Source: Octopus bimaculoides
Taxonomy: Eukaryota
Length of the DNA: 64,000 bases
Assembly: GCF_001194135.2 (NCBI RefSeq)
Contig: NC_068984.1
Span: forward strand, 123,316,585 to 123,380,584
Reading direction: 5' to 3'
Part shown: piece after piece, positions 15,221-26,409 of the stretch
Layout: each line of letters starts with the position of its first letter
Numbering within the stretch: position 1 is the first letter of the stretch
Made by a program: the position numbers and the translations under genes
The notes under the pieces: model-generated
What the model saw: the letters and a program-made list of their open reading frames with translations, nothing else
What the model was told of the DNA's origin: nothing
Database searches by the model: none

Positions 15221-15548
15221 GTGCATGCCTCAGTGGTTAGAGCGTGGGGCTCTCAGTGATGAGGTTGTGAGTTCGATTCCCGCACCGGGCTGTGTGTTGT
15301 GTTCTTGAGCAAGACGCTTTATTTCACGTTGCTCCAGTTCGCTCAGCTGTAGAAATGAGTTGCGACATCACTGGTGTCAAGCTATATCAGTCTTTGCCTT
15401 TCCCTTGGATAACATCGGTGGCGTGGAGAGAGGAGGCTGGTATGTATGGGCGACTGCTGGTCTTCCATAAATAACCTTGGCCGGACTTGTGCCTCGGAGG
15501 GGAACTTTCTAGGTGCAATCCCATGGCCATTCACGATTGAAGGGGGTC
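15221..15548 (+). mobile_element. tRNA-derived CORE-type SINE (family C)
   Basis: A/B-box head (cagtggttagagcg...gagttcgattccc) followed by cttgagcaagac...ctgtagaaatgag CORE-like body. A truncated copy lies at about 48610-48810. Confidence 0.8.
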
Positions 15549-15550
15549 TA

Positions 15551-15760
15551 CCTTTTTATCCTCACTTATGATCGTAAATGTTGAGTAATGACCGAAAGAG
15601 CATGATCGTGAATACAAGCGGCCGAAATGGGATTTCTTCGAAGGATCTCTGGAGCAACCTTGCTTAATAGGGTGTATAACTCGGAGATCAGCGAGTCTCC
15701 CAAGTCGAACCGCTACTTCTTATGTAGGATTGGAGTCAAACTAGGACAGCGCTGTGCTGA
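15551..15760 (+). mobile_element. RTE-clade LINE RT fragment
   Basis: Translates ILTYDRKC*VMTER...IQAAEMGFLRRISGATLLNRVYNSEI, typical of the RTE RT C-terminal region. Confidence 0.8.
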
Positions 15761-16046
15761 TGACGCTTATTTTGGCTGAACATTCTCACATCTGTCATTC
15801 TGCTTCTCGAAGAACAAACAGGTTGTTTTTTCCTTCATGGCTTGGTAATTCCAGCCTTAATAGCATGGTAATTCATGATTAACCCTTTGAAGTTATCTTC
15901 TCTTTTATTTAGAATTGGCTGCAACTACCATTAGGTTTTTTTAATCTTCTCTCGAAGCAAGATAGTTTCAATAAATCAAGAATTAATTTTTTATGGTATT
16001 TAGTATACCTTTCTTCATATTTGTTGTCCAAACTAATGGCATAGGC

Positions 16047-16126
<80 letters not shown>

Positions 16127-16129
16127 CTG

Positions 16130-16186
<57 letters not shown>

Positions 16187-16429
16187 CAATTTTTCGAATG
16201 AAGTTTGAAAATTTCCGTGCTCTCATCGAACACTATATTATTGCTCTGCTGTATTACTGTATTCTGAAACGGATTTTAAAAGTAGAATTTGATACTTATG
16301 TTTTGATAAATGTGCTGTCATTGTAAATCTTGTGTTTCCGAGTAGAGATCGTGTTGCTCCGCCCAACCAAATACAATTTGTAATATAACCTCTATATATG
16401 TGGTTACATGACGAGAAAATTTCTGGTGT

Positions 16430-16510
16430 CATGAAGAAAGTAAAATATTAACTTTAGGTGATAAATTGGAAGTTATAAAAGGATTTGAAAATGGCGACGA
16501 TGAAAGCAAA
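16430..16510 (+). mobile_element. Possible Tigger/pogo N-terminal HTH fragment
   Basis: KILTLGDKLEVIKGFENGD resembles the CENP-B/Tigger HTH start. Confidence 0.35.
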
Positions 16511-16611
16511 AATAAACAGAAGCAACAACACGAAAAATTTGAAGGAAAACAGATGTTGATGCAGAAAAAAATTAAATTGTATTAACTTCTGGTCTGCAAG
16601 GAACTAACTGA

Positions 16612-16930
16612 TACTCCGTCGGTTACGACGACGAAGGTTCTAGCTGATCCGACCAATTGAACAGCCTGCTCGTGAAATTGCCGAGCAAGTGACTGGGCAT
16701 TCCACAGATATGCGTACTCTTAACGTAGTTCTCAGGAAGATTCAGCATGACAGAGAAAGTGACCAGACTGGCTTTTTTGAAATACAGGTAGAACTAATTT
16801 TTGCCAGCTGAGTGGGTTGAAGCAACGTGAAAATAAAGTGTCTTGCTCAAGGACACAATGTGTCGTCGGGAATCGAACTCAGTATCTTACGATCCTGAGC
16901 TGAATACCCTAACCACTAAGCCACTTGCTT
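16612..16930 (-). mobile_element. CORE-type SINE with the tail shared by family A
   Basis: tRNA head plus CORE plus gatcgg-hairpin tail, reverse orientation. Confidence 0.75.
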
Positions 16931-17049
16931 TCGTTTCGCAGTGAACTAGAAATAGAAGCAGTATCATTACTGAAATAGAACGTCTTTTGGTCTTCTGGAC
17001 AGAAGATTGCAACCAGCAACGAATTTATCTAAGCACTATGATAATTATA

Positions 17050-17952
17050 TTGCTTTTAAATTTTGGTGCAAGGTCAGCAATTATATTGACCCCAGTGCTC
17101 GACTGAGATATATTTTATCGATTCCGAGAGGACGAAAAGCAAAGTTGATCTCGGCGGAATTTGAACTCAGAACGTAATGAGTCGGAAAAAATAACTCTAA
17201 GCATTTTCTCCAACGCTCTAACGATTCTGCCAGTTCACTGCCTTAAATGGTTTTAAATTTCGGCTCAAGGCCAGCACTTTAAATGGGTAGGGCCAAGTCG
17301 ATTTCATCGACCCAATACTCAAATGATACTTATTTTATCGATCTTGTACGGGTGAAAGGCAAAATCAATCTCGGCGGAAATTGAACTCAGAGCGTAAAGA
17401 GCCGGTAGTAGTGGAGCTAAGAATTTGGTCCGACATGCTAATGACTCACCCAATTACTATAATCCTTTCTACTATAGGCACAAGGCTTGAAATTTTGTGG
17501 GAGGGGACTAGTCGATTATATCCATTCCAGCATTTAACTGGTATTTGCTTGATCGACCACGAAAGGATGAAAGGCAAATTCGACTTTGAACGTTCTGGGT
17601 TCAAATTCCGCCGAAGGCAAATTCGACTTCGGCGGAATTTGAACCCAGAACGTTCAAAGACGGACGAAATATCCTTTTCTACTCTTGGCACAAGGCCAGA
17701 AAAATTTTTTTTGGTGGGGGGAAGGAGCCAGTCGATTAGATCGACCCCAGTACACAACTGGTACTTAATTTATCGACCCTGAAAGGATGAAAGGCAAAGT
17801 CGACCTCGGCGGAATTTGAACTCAGAACGTGACCCTGAAAGGATGAAAGGCAAAGTCGACCTCGGCGGAATTTGAACTCAGAACGTAAAGACAGACGAAA
17901 TACCGCTAAGCATTTCACCTGATGTGCTAACGATTCCGCCAACTCGCCACCT
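17050..17952 (-). mobile_element. Cluster of four head-to-tail SINE family B copies
   Basis: Repeated gaaaggcaaagtcgacctcggcggaatttgaactcagaacg core (Meta/Sauria-like domain on the minus strand). Confidence 0.85.
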
Positions 17953-18089
17953 TAATTATTACAATAATGAAAGTTTAAAGCATTTTCTATACATTGAAAG
18001 ATACAGAAAACGAAAGGAAATTAGATTGGAATAAGAACTGTAGAGTCTTTTATTACTTTTATTCAAAACTGAAAGAGGAACTTTCAGTG

Positions 18090-18375
18090 TTATAGGCGCA
18101 AGCATGACTGTGTGATTATAAAGCTAACTTTGCAATCCCGCAGTTTCGGTTTCAGTACCGTTGCACGAGGGCCGCTGGCGATTTCTTCTCCTCCTTCTTT
18201 GAACTTTTTCCCTTTCTCCTTTCCGACGGAAAGCTATGCTCGAAACGTTCAACTTTCTCCTTTCACCGATCGTCAAGCTTATATACCTCTTGTTCACGCC
18301 TCACGTTCGTTGTTTTTCTTTTCTTTTTTCCTTTTTTAACAGTTTATTTAAATTCCTTGTTTATTTGAACCGACT
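18090..18375 (+). mobile_element. Penelope-like terminal repeat with degenerate minimal hammerhead motif (18220-18253)
   Basis: CCGACGGA-AAGC TAT GCTC-GAAACGTT, followed by sequence homologous to 36970-37060 and ending in (TA)n. Confidence 0.55.
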
Positions 18376-18865
18376 ATATATATATATATGTATGTGTATA
18401 TATATATATATATATNNNNNNNNNNNNNNNNNNNNNNNNNNNNNNNNNNNNNNNNNNNNNNNNNNNNNNNNNNNNNNNNNNNNNNNNNNNNNNNNNNNNN
18501 NNNNNNNNNNNNNNNNNNNNNNNNNNNNNNNNNNNNNNNNNNNNNNNNNNNNNNNNNNNNNNNNNNNNNNNNNNNNNNNNNNNNNNNNNNNNNNNNNNNN
18601 NNNNNNNNNNNNNNNNNNNNNNNNNNNNNNNNNNNNNNNNNNNNNNNNNNNNNNNNNNNNNNNNNNNNNNNNNNNNNNNNNNNNNNNNNNNNNNNNNNNN
18701 NNNNNNNNNNNNNNNNNNNNGTCTCCACCCCACTATTTGACAGTCGGTTTTGATTTATTTACGTCCCGTACCTTAGCGTTTCGGTAAAGGAGACCTGTAG
18801 AATAAGTACCAGACTTAAAAAAAAAAAATGTACTGTAGTCAATTTGCTCGCTCGACAAAACCGTT

Positions 18866-19101
18866 CATCGATTGTATAAAACAGAAATATGAAGCTGAAA
18901 ACTGAAATGTTAAGCCAGAGTAGTGGGGGTGGGGGTGGGGGCAGATTGCGTTCACTGGTAAACGATCTAACCTTTGAATATTATCTACCATTTGTCATTC
19001 AGTCAGTGACTTGAAAAAAATCACTCCGGAGCAAATCTTTTCGCTTGATTATCTACACAAACGAGAATGAAAGCATAACAAATAAATTAACTGTATCAAA
19101 A
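18866..19101 (+). repeat. ~235-bp direct copy of 19825-20059 inserted into a SINE D tail
   Basis: Near-identical sequence; the flanks rejoin into the SINE D tail (aaaaccgtt | ccccaacatggccgcag). Confidence 0.9.
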
Positions 19102-20400
19102 CCCCAACATGGCCGCAGTCCAATGACAGAAACAAGTAAAAGATAAAAACTATAAAAAGTGAGACTTCGAGTGCAGATAAAAACGAGCAACGTTCGGCGT
19201 GGAGAGTGAACCGCGATTCAGAATCCACACTGTTTTAGGGAACAAAAGTGTAGTGAATATAAGCATTGATTAAGTGTTAAGCGTTGTAATTCACCTGACG
19301 AGTGTGAATTCTTTTCCAGAGTCAGTCAATCAAAATTTAAACGCTGATTCTAATGAACGAGCAAGCGACCTATGGATAACGGAATGAGAACAATTCACTC
19401 TCGTGTGTTTTATAAACGGTTTGGTTCGAAATTCCAAGAACGGTACCAACTATGACAGATTTCTGAAAAAGGCTGAGAGTGTAACGAGCGAAACATTGTA
19501 ACTAAACCAAGACGAAGACATTTGTCCGAATAGATCGGTGTATAAGAATGAACATTCCTCGTCTCAGAAAATCGAGCAAAAATTCTTGAACCAATAATTG
19601 TATTTCTTATGTATCATCATGTTAATTTAGCATGGCAAGTTCACTAAACAAGCCAACCGTGCTAATCGGTCTCACAGTGTATCACTAAATATTTAAATGC
19701 CTTCCTCAATAAACACTTTATATTAAGGCGTTGACAACACTTTATATTAACGCGTTGACAAAGCTATAAGTTGTCTGGGTGCATTGCTGAAACAACAATC
19801 AGCTAATGAAAGTGATGTTGGCATCATCGATTGTATAAAACAGAAATATGAAGTTGAAAACTGAAATTTTAAGCCAGAGTAGTGGGGTGGGGGTGGGGGC
19901 AGATTGCGTTCACTGGTAAACGATCTAACCTTTGAATATTATCTACCATTTGTCATTCAGTCAGTGACTTGAAAAAAATCACTCCGGAGCAAATCTTTTC
20001 GCTTGATTATCTACACAAATGAGAATGAAAGCATAACAAATAAATTAACTGTATCAAAATCATTGCAGCAGACACTGTTGACAACGTTCAATTCAGAAGT
20101 CCATACACTGACTGAAGCTAGTTCTGTTGTGTCATAAAATATTTTTCGTGCTGTGAAGGTACGTGGCCTGTATGTTAGAATGTTCTGCTTATAATCATCA
20201 GGTCATAGGTTTGATTCATGGAACAGGCGGCGTGTTGTGTTTTTGAGCAAATTAATTAGTTTCACGTTGATACAGTCTACTCAATTGTAATGAGTACCAG
20301 TCGAGAATAAATGCCTTTCTCTCTCCCTACCGCTCTCTCTCCTTTCTTCTCTCGTACTCTTTTCCTCTCTCGTACTCTTTTCCTCTTTCTCCTCTCTGTC

Positions 20401-20522
<122 letters not shown>

Positions 20523-20840
20523 CTTTTTTCCGATGGTGAATTTGCTAAGACGAATACAGCTGATGTTGGTGCCGTATCAGATCGAAAAACATAAAACTTC
20601 ATTGACTAAATTGCAAAAACATTAGTTTCAGTTCACACTAGCAAGATGAGAGCAAACGCAAAATATTTTAAATGATTCATTTGCATTCGGCTAAGCTCTT
20701 GACATCTCTGTAGGCATAAAAGAAAATTCTCAACTGATTGTTTTTGTTCGGTATATATTGTTTCTGATGTAACTGTCCTAGAAGAGATGTTAGACTTTGT
20801 GATGTCAAAAGAAACATTTGTGACGTTGATATTAAAAATA

Positions 20841-21103
20841 AAAATAATAAATAAATGCGCCCTTCTAAAGCCTAGCCAGGCTCATGGGCCCAGTTTTCCG
20901 GTTTCTATGGAGTATGTGTTTCCTAGCTGGACGGGACGCCAGTCCATCGCGGCGTTACTCATTTTTGCCAGCTGAGTGGACTGGAGCAACATGAAATGAA
21001 GTGATTTGCTCAAGAACACAACGCGCCGTCCGGTCCAGGAATCGAAACCACAATCTTACGGTCATGATACTGAGACCCTAACCACTAAGCCACGCGCCCC
21101 CAC
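20841..21103 (-). mobile_element. SINE family E (tRNA head, CORE, V-like domain) with 13-bp TSD
   Basis: TSD gatattaaaaata at 20828-20840 and 21104-21116. Confidence 0.9.
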
Positions 21104-21664
21104 GATATTAAAAATACACTTAACAAAGCCTTAAAGAATGTTGACGTGCCACTGAACAAACAAACACATCAGTGTTGCAACAAATGGAACACATGCAACT
21201 GCAATGGTATTGAAAATGAAAAATGAGTTGCACTTATAAAAAGGTATTCCCCGCTTTGCAAAATTTCTCCCGGTTGGTTGCATTATTCATTACTAATAAC
21301 TGGCAATCATTTATTTCAAGTGTAAAGGTTTTATGAAATTTGTCCTTCAAATATTAAATTTCTTATGATTAACTGGAAATACCCAGCAACATAAAAGAAA
21401 TGTTTACAAAGTAACTGGAGCTTGAAGACAGTGAAGCTCTTTCAACTTCATTGTGTGGGGGTTGTCAACCAGCAATGTTCTGAGCAGTTTTGTGTATCTG
21501 TTAAAAGCATTTTATTACTTTTCTTACATAGAATAAAAAGACACTGTCTTTAATTGCAATCTGATGTTCCTTACTGAAAAAAATCAGTCGTCTAGGAACT
21601 CTCAATTTTGCACTTCAGAAAAAGATTATTTCCGATCTTACTCAAATAATCTTCAGCTTTCAAA

Positions 21665-21880
21665 ATAATTTTTAATTTCCACATACGGTCAACAATTTTG
21701 AATAGAGGGTATTAGTAGATGTCATCGATTTCAGTACTTCTATTGTACTTTATTTTAACGATCCTGAAGGGATGAAAGGCAAAGTTGACATCGGCGGAAT
21801 ATGAACTCAGAACGTAAAAGTCGAAAAAGAAATACTGCAAAGCATTTTGTCGGACGTTCTATCGGTTCGGCCAGCTCGCC
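21665..21880 (-). mobile_element. SINE family B inserted in the hAT relic
   Basis: Family B core and head. Confidence 0.8.
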
Positions 21881-22312
21881 GCTCTTTTCAGCTTTCAGAA
21901 TAACAGAAGAGTTTCAAAGAGACATAATTGTCAAGAAACATCATTCTTCTCTCCAGCTTCAATAAAAGAATAAATACATTCCTTGACACTGAAATAGAAA
22001 ACCCCAAACAGGAAGACTGTGAAGATAAAACAGAAGGCCTGCATGATAACTTCCTAACTAGGTTTGATGGCTTACAGAAGTCGAAAAATCCTTCCTTCTA
22101 ATTTCATTCAAAGATAATTATAATTATCCGATTCTTGAAGCTCTTGTTTTAAAATCCTCTGTTGTAGAAATAAAGCTAATGGAATTGCAAGAGAACCTGG
22201 GTCTAAAGATAATACATAAATCTTAATTTAAAACTGAGCTCTCGAAAGAAGTTCTAGGAATGAAATATCGCGAATTGGAGAAAACTGGTGTGTAACACAC
22301 CATTTGACCTCT

Positions 22313-22620
22313 TACCTTTTACTTGTTTCTGTCATTTGGCTGCGACCATGCTGGGACACCACTTTGAAGGGTTTTAGTCTAACGAATCGACCTCAGTATT
22401 TATTTTTTTAAAGCCTGGTACTTATTCTATCAGACTCTTTTGCCGAATTGCTTAGTTAGGGGGGAACTAAACAGACTAACACCGGTGTTCAAGCGGTGGT
22501 GGAGAACAAACACAGATGCATAAATAAATATATATAATATGACGGGCTTCTTTCAGTTTCCATCAACCAATTCCACTCACAAGGCTTTGGTCGACCCCAG
22601 GCTATAGTAGAAGACGCCCA
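22313..22620 (-). mobile_element. SINE family D (5' truncated)
   Basis: Tail cttgtttc.gtcatttg.ctgcg.ccatgctgg plus head segment aagggc..ctttcagtttcc. Confidence 0.8.
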
Positions 22621-22769
22621 CCCAAGCTCGGAGCTAATTCGCACAGCCTTGGGTCGGAAGTGCGAGGGTGGAGGAGACAGATGACCAACTACTTCTGAGA
22701 AAAAAGAGGCCATAATAGTAGTGGTAGAAAAGATTCTTAATAGAAGTTCATAATGTTTGTAGTGCCAAA

Positions 22770-23390
22770 GGCGGTGACTGAGCAGAGTCATTAAAACGCT
22801 GAGCAAAAGGGTTAGCGGCAGCTTGCCCCTCTTTATGTTCTAAGTTCAAATTCCTCCGCGTTCGACTTTGCCTTTCATCCTTTCGAGGTCGATAAAATAA
22901 CTACCAGTGAAGCACTCTCTATGGCACTCCGTCGCTTACGACGTTGAGGGTTCCAGTTGATCCGATCAACGGAACAGCCTGCTCGTGAAATTAACGTGCA
23001 AGTGGCTGAGCACTCCACAGACACGTGTACTCTTAACGTAGTTCTCGGGGATATTCAGCGTGACACAGAGTGACAAGGCTGACCCTTTGAATTACAGGCA
23101 CAACAGAAACAGGAAGTAAGAGTGAGAGAAAGTTGTGGTGGAAGAGTACAGCAGGGTTCGCCACCATCCCCTGCCGGAGCCTCGTGGAGCTTTAGGTGTT
23201 TTCGCTCAATAAACATTCACAACGCCCGGTCTGGGAATCGAAACCGCGATCCTATGACCGCGAGTCCGCTGCCCTAACCACTGGGCCATTGCGCCTCCAC
23301 CAGTCAAGCACTACGGTTGATGTAACCAACTTAGTCCCCGCCCACAAACCTGCTGGCCTTATGCCAAAGTTTAAAGCCAATATTTGTAAT
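22770..23390 (+). mobile_element. SINE family B split by a family A insertion
   Basis: B sequence stops at 22916 and resumes at 23301. Confidence 0.75.
22922..23300 (-). mobile_element. Young SINE family A (~380 bp)
   Basis: tRNA-like head gtggaggcgcaatggcccagtggttagggc; TSD cagt(g/c)aagcact at 22905-22916 and 23301-23312; near-identical to the copies at 42633 and 53684. Confidence 0.92.
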
Positions 23391-23404
23391 GTCTACAATC
23401 ATTA

Positions 23405-23625
23405 GCACGTTGGGCAAACTGTTTAGCAGCATTTCTTCTGGCTTTACGTTCTGAGTTCAAATTCCGCCAGGGTTGACTTTGACTTTTTTCCTTTCGAGGT
23501 CGATAAAATGAGTACTATTTGAATACTGGGGTCGATAAAATAAGTACCAGTTGAGCACTGGGTCAATGTAATCGTTTAGCCCTGTTTCCTCTAAATGTCA
23601 GGCTTTGTGCTTATTCTAAAAAGAA
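23405..23625 (+). mobile_element. SINE family B
   Basis: ttacgttctgagttcaaattccgcc...gtcgataaaat core. Confidence 0.8.
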
Positions 23626-23679
23626 ATGTTTGTAGTGCCTGAGTATACATTTACGTATTTACACTCTGAGCAGTACACT

Positions 23680-23717
<38 letters not shown>

Positions 23718-23792
23718 TGAAATGTGGTTTATTGATTGTTGCTGTACGTCAACATTCTTTGAAGCGGTTATTTGCGTATACTTTTACATACA

Positions 23793-23838
<46 letters not shown>

Positions 23839-24068
23839 GTATACATGCATATGTTTAAGGGTTTATATCGATGTGTGCACATATATGATTTCAGACGCTT
23901 GGTATATAAGACTGAGAACTCTCACACACATGCACATAGAAGGTTAGGCCGTAACTGAAAATTTTTCACACACACACACATTATGTATGTTATGTGTTCA
24001 TGTGCATATGCATGCATGAATGTACATATACATACATACATACATACAAACATACATACATACATACA

Positions 24069-24115
<47 letters not shown>

Positions 24116-24683
24116 CATGTATGTATGTCAGGTCACTCGTGAGGACTACTGGCAACATGGAGTCCAATAAAACCTGTTGCATGGTTGAGTGGTCGGTAAC
24201 TAAACTGGCATTCCCACTAGGGTTGCTTGCCGAGAAGGGCTGCTACATACTCAACAAGACTAAAAGCAAGATCATCAGAAATTCCGAGTTAATGTCCGGC
24301 GTGCTGATACACCTCAATTTTTGTTAAAGCATGTCTCTAGAAGGTTAGTCTGATATAAAACCTAACCAGATATGTAGGGAATGGAATCGAACATTTCGGG
24401 GGTCTTTTACTTGCGCTTGAGATTATAGCGCTCACACATTCCTGAGCCTGCGACTCATTTTGGCACTGGACATGTTACCCTAGCTTGTCTCTAGATCATT
24501 TCAGTAGTGTGCAAAGTGTTTGTGAGCTGCTGTGCAAGTTTTGTTAGACCTATCAGCTTAGGTTGTGCAATCGCTGGCGCGACGACTATCCTGTGCCCGG
24601 TCATTGCTGGCATTTTGCGTGGGCAACGGTCAGTGATGGTCTTCTTCGATCACAAGTGGACAATCATCATTATCTTCATCATC

Positions 24684-24716
<33 letters not shown>

Positions 24717-24837
24717 TGTATGTATGTATGTATGTATTATGTATGTTTACATGATGTCTCCACCGAAATGTGTATACACACCTTAACAGCTGATAACTAC
24801 CTTTTCATTTCTTTTAAAATTTAAACCATAATATATA

Positions 24838-25045
24838 ATGGTTTCAAATTTTGGCTCAAGGCCAGAAATTTTGGGGATGGGGTTAAGTCGAATAAATCGA
24901 CCCCAGTGCTCAACTGGTACTTATTTTATCGACTCCGAAAGGATGAGAGACAAAGTCAATCCAGGCGTCATTTTAACGCAGAATATAAAGACGAACGAAG
25001 GCATTTTTCCTGGTGTGCTAACGATTCTGCCAGCTCGCCGCCTTA
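24838..25045 (-). mobile_element. SINE family B
   Basis: Family core and ccagctcgcc head. Confidence 0.8.
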
Positions 25046-25087
25046 AAACTATTAGAAATAGTGAAGGGAGACCAGACTAAGCTAATA

Positions 25088-25385
25088 CATATTTATCGAA
25101 AGTGCTACCAAAAGTTTGAAAATTCAGCTGATGTACAAACAGTGTAGGAGGAAATTTAAAGCAGATCCATCTACGCGAACTACTGTCACTCGGATTAGAG
25201 ATAAGTATGAAGCAGATAGAACTGTTCAGAATGTCCAAATGGAACCAAATTGGAGACCGCGAATATCAACGATCTCCACAAAGCCAAAAAGGGTACTGGA
25301 AACGTATTGTCTACGTTCAAGAAAATCTGTGCGGTGAGTCGTGAGAGGGAAATTTTACAAGCAAACGTCCATCACATTTTGAAAT
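25088..25385 (+). pseudogene. Tc1/mariner N-terminal HTH (DUF4817-like) fragment
   Basis: RKFKADPSTRTTVTRIRDKYEADRTVQNV...RPRIST...RSRKSVR. Confidence 0.75.
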
Positions 25386-26409
25386 ACTGGGATTGGAAGT
25401 GTTTTCATTGCAAAGACGATGCAGTGTGATTTGAAGATATGGCTGCTATTCTTACATTAAACATAGTGAGTGATTGCATAGCAGCCCCATAATTGGTTCG
25501 GCATTTAAAAAAAGTATAGGCGCATTTTTTAACGTCGGCGCTAAATGACGACGGTGACACATAATATTTATGTATATATGCATATGTATTTGCGCTCTCT
25601 TTTCAAGGGTGTGTGCTCCTTTACACTCAGTGACTGTATAGGAACTATTTCATTCTCAGACACCATCTGCATTAAAAAAAAACCAAGATTTAAGTTTGCG
25701 TTAATAGATTTAGTAAGAGAAGCATAAAGTTAGAAAAAATGTGTGGTGATCAAAAAGCCATATTAGTCAATGACATCGCTATTTCAGCAAGTGGTATGAA
25801 GCCTATACTTCATTGACAAGACCATAACAAGAGCGAAGCATGTCTGAAGTGTTAGACGACGTACTTGGATTAATATTAGTCATTGACTATTTTAATTATT
25901 TTAATTATTGCGACTTTTATGGAAGATAAGTTCCAACAATATATCTCCGTGTGTTTATATTTTTTGCCATATATCGGTCGAGGATGTAAACACCAGCGAA
26001 AATTGATGTCACATTTGTTGTCAAAAATGCAGTGGGCCAATTATAATCTCAGTAGAGAACCAACGATTGGATAATAATCTACGACAAAATTGTTCAACAG
26101 AACCGGGAATAAAATATAAGAGAAGTCAGTTAATGAATACTTGATCTGTCAAACTGATTTCCTCAACTGTAATTCTTCATTATTGGAAATTATGCTGCCA
26201 AGGTATTTGCAATAACTCATGTTCGATATATATATATGTGTGTATGTATAATTTGGTTGTTATTCGTTCAATATAATTGCGCTTACAACCTCTCTTTGAT
26301 GATAACGCTGGGTGGAAATGTACTTCTAGCTTTCTTTAAACTAATTCATTAACCAAACAAACTAGCTAGCTGCACAAAGAAATCAATAATGACGGCTTGT
26401 AGATTGTTT

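Noticed and set aside
22922-23300. tRNA genes
   Set aside because: All A/B-box sequences are SINE heads continuing into SINE bodies; no complete cloverleaf was found.
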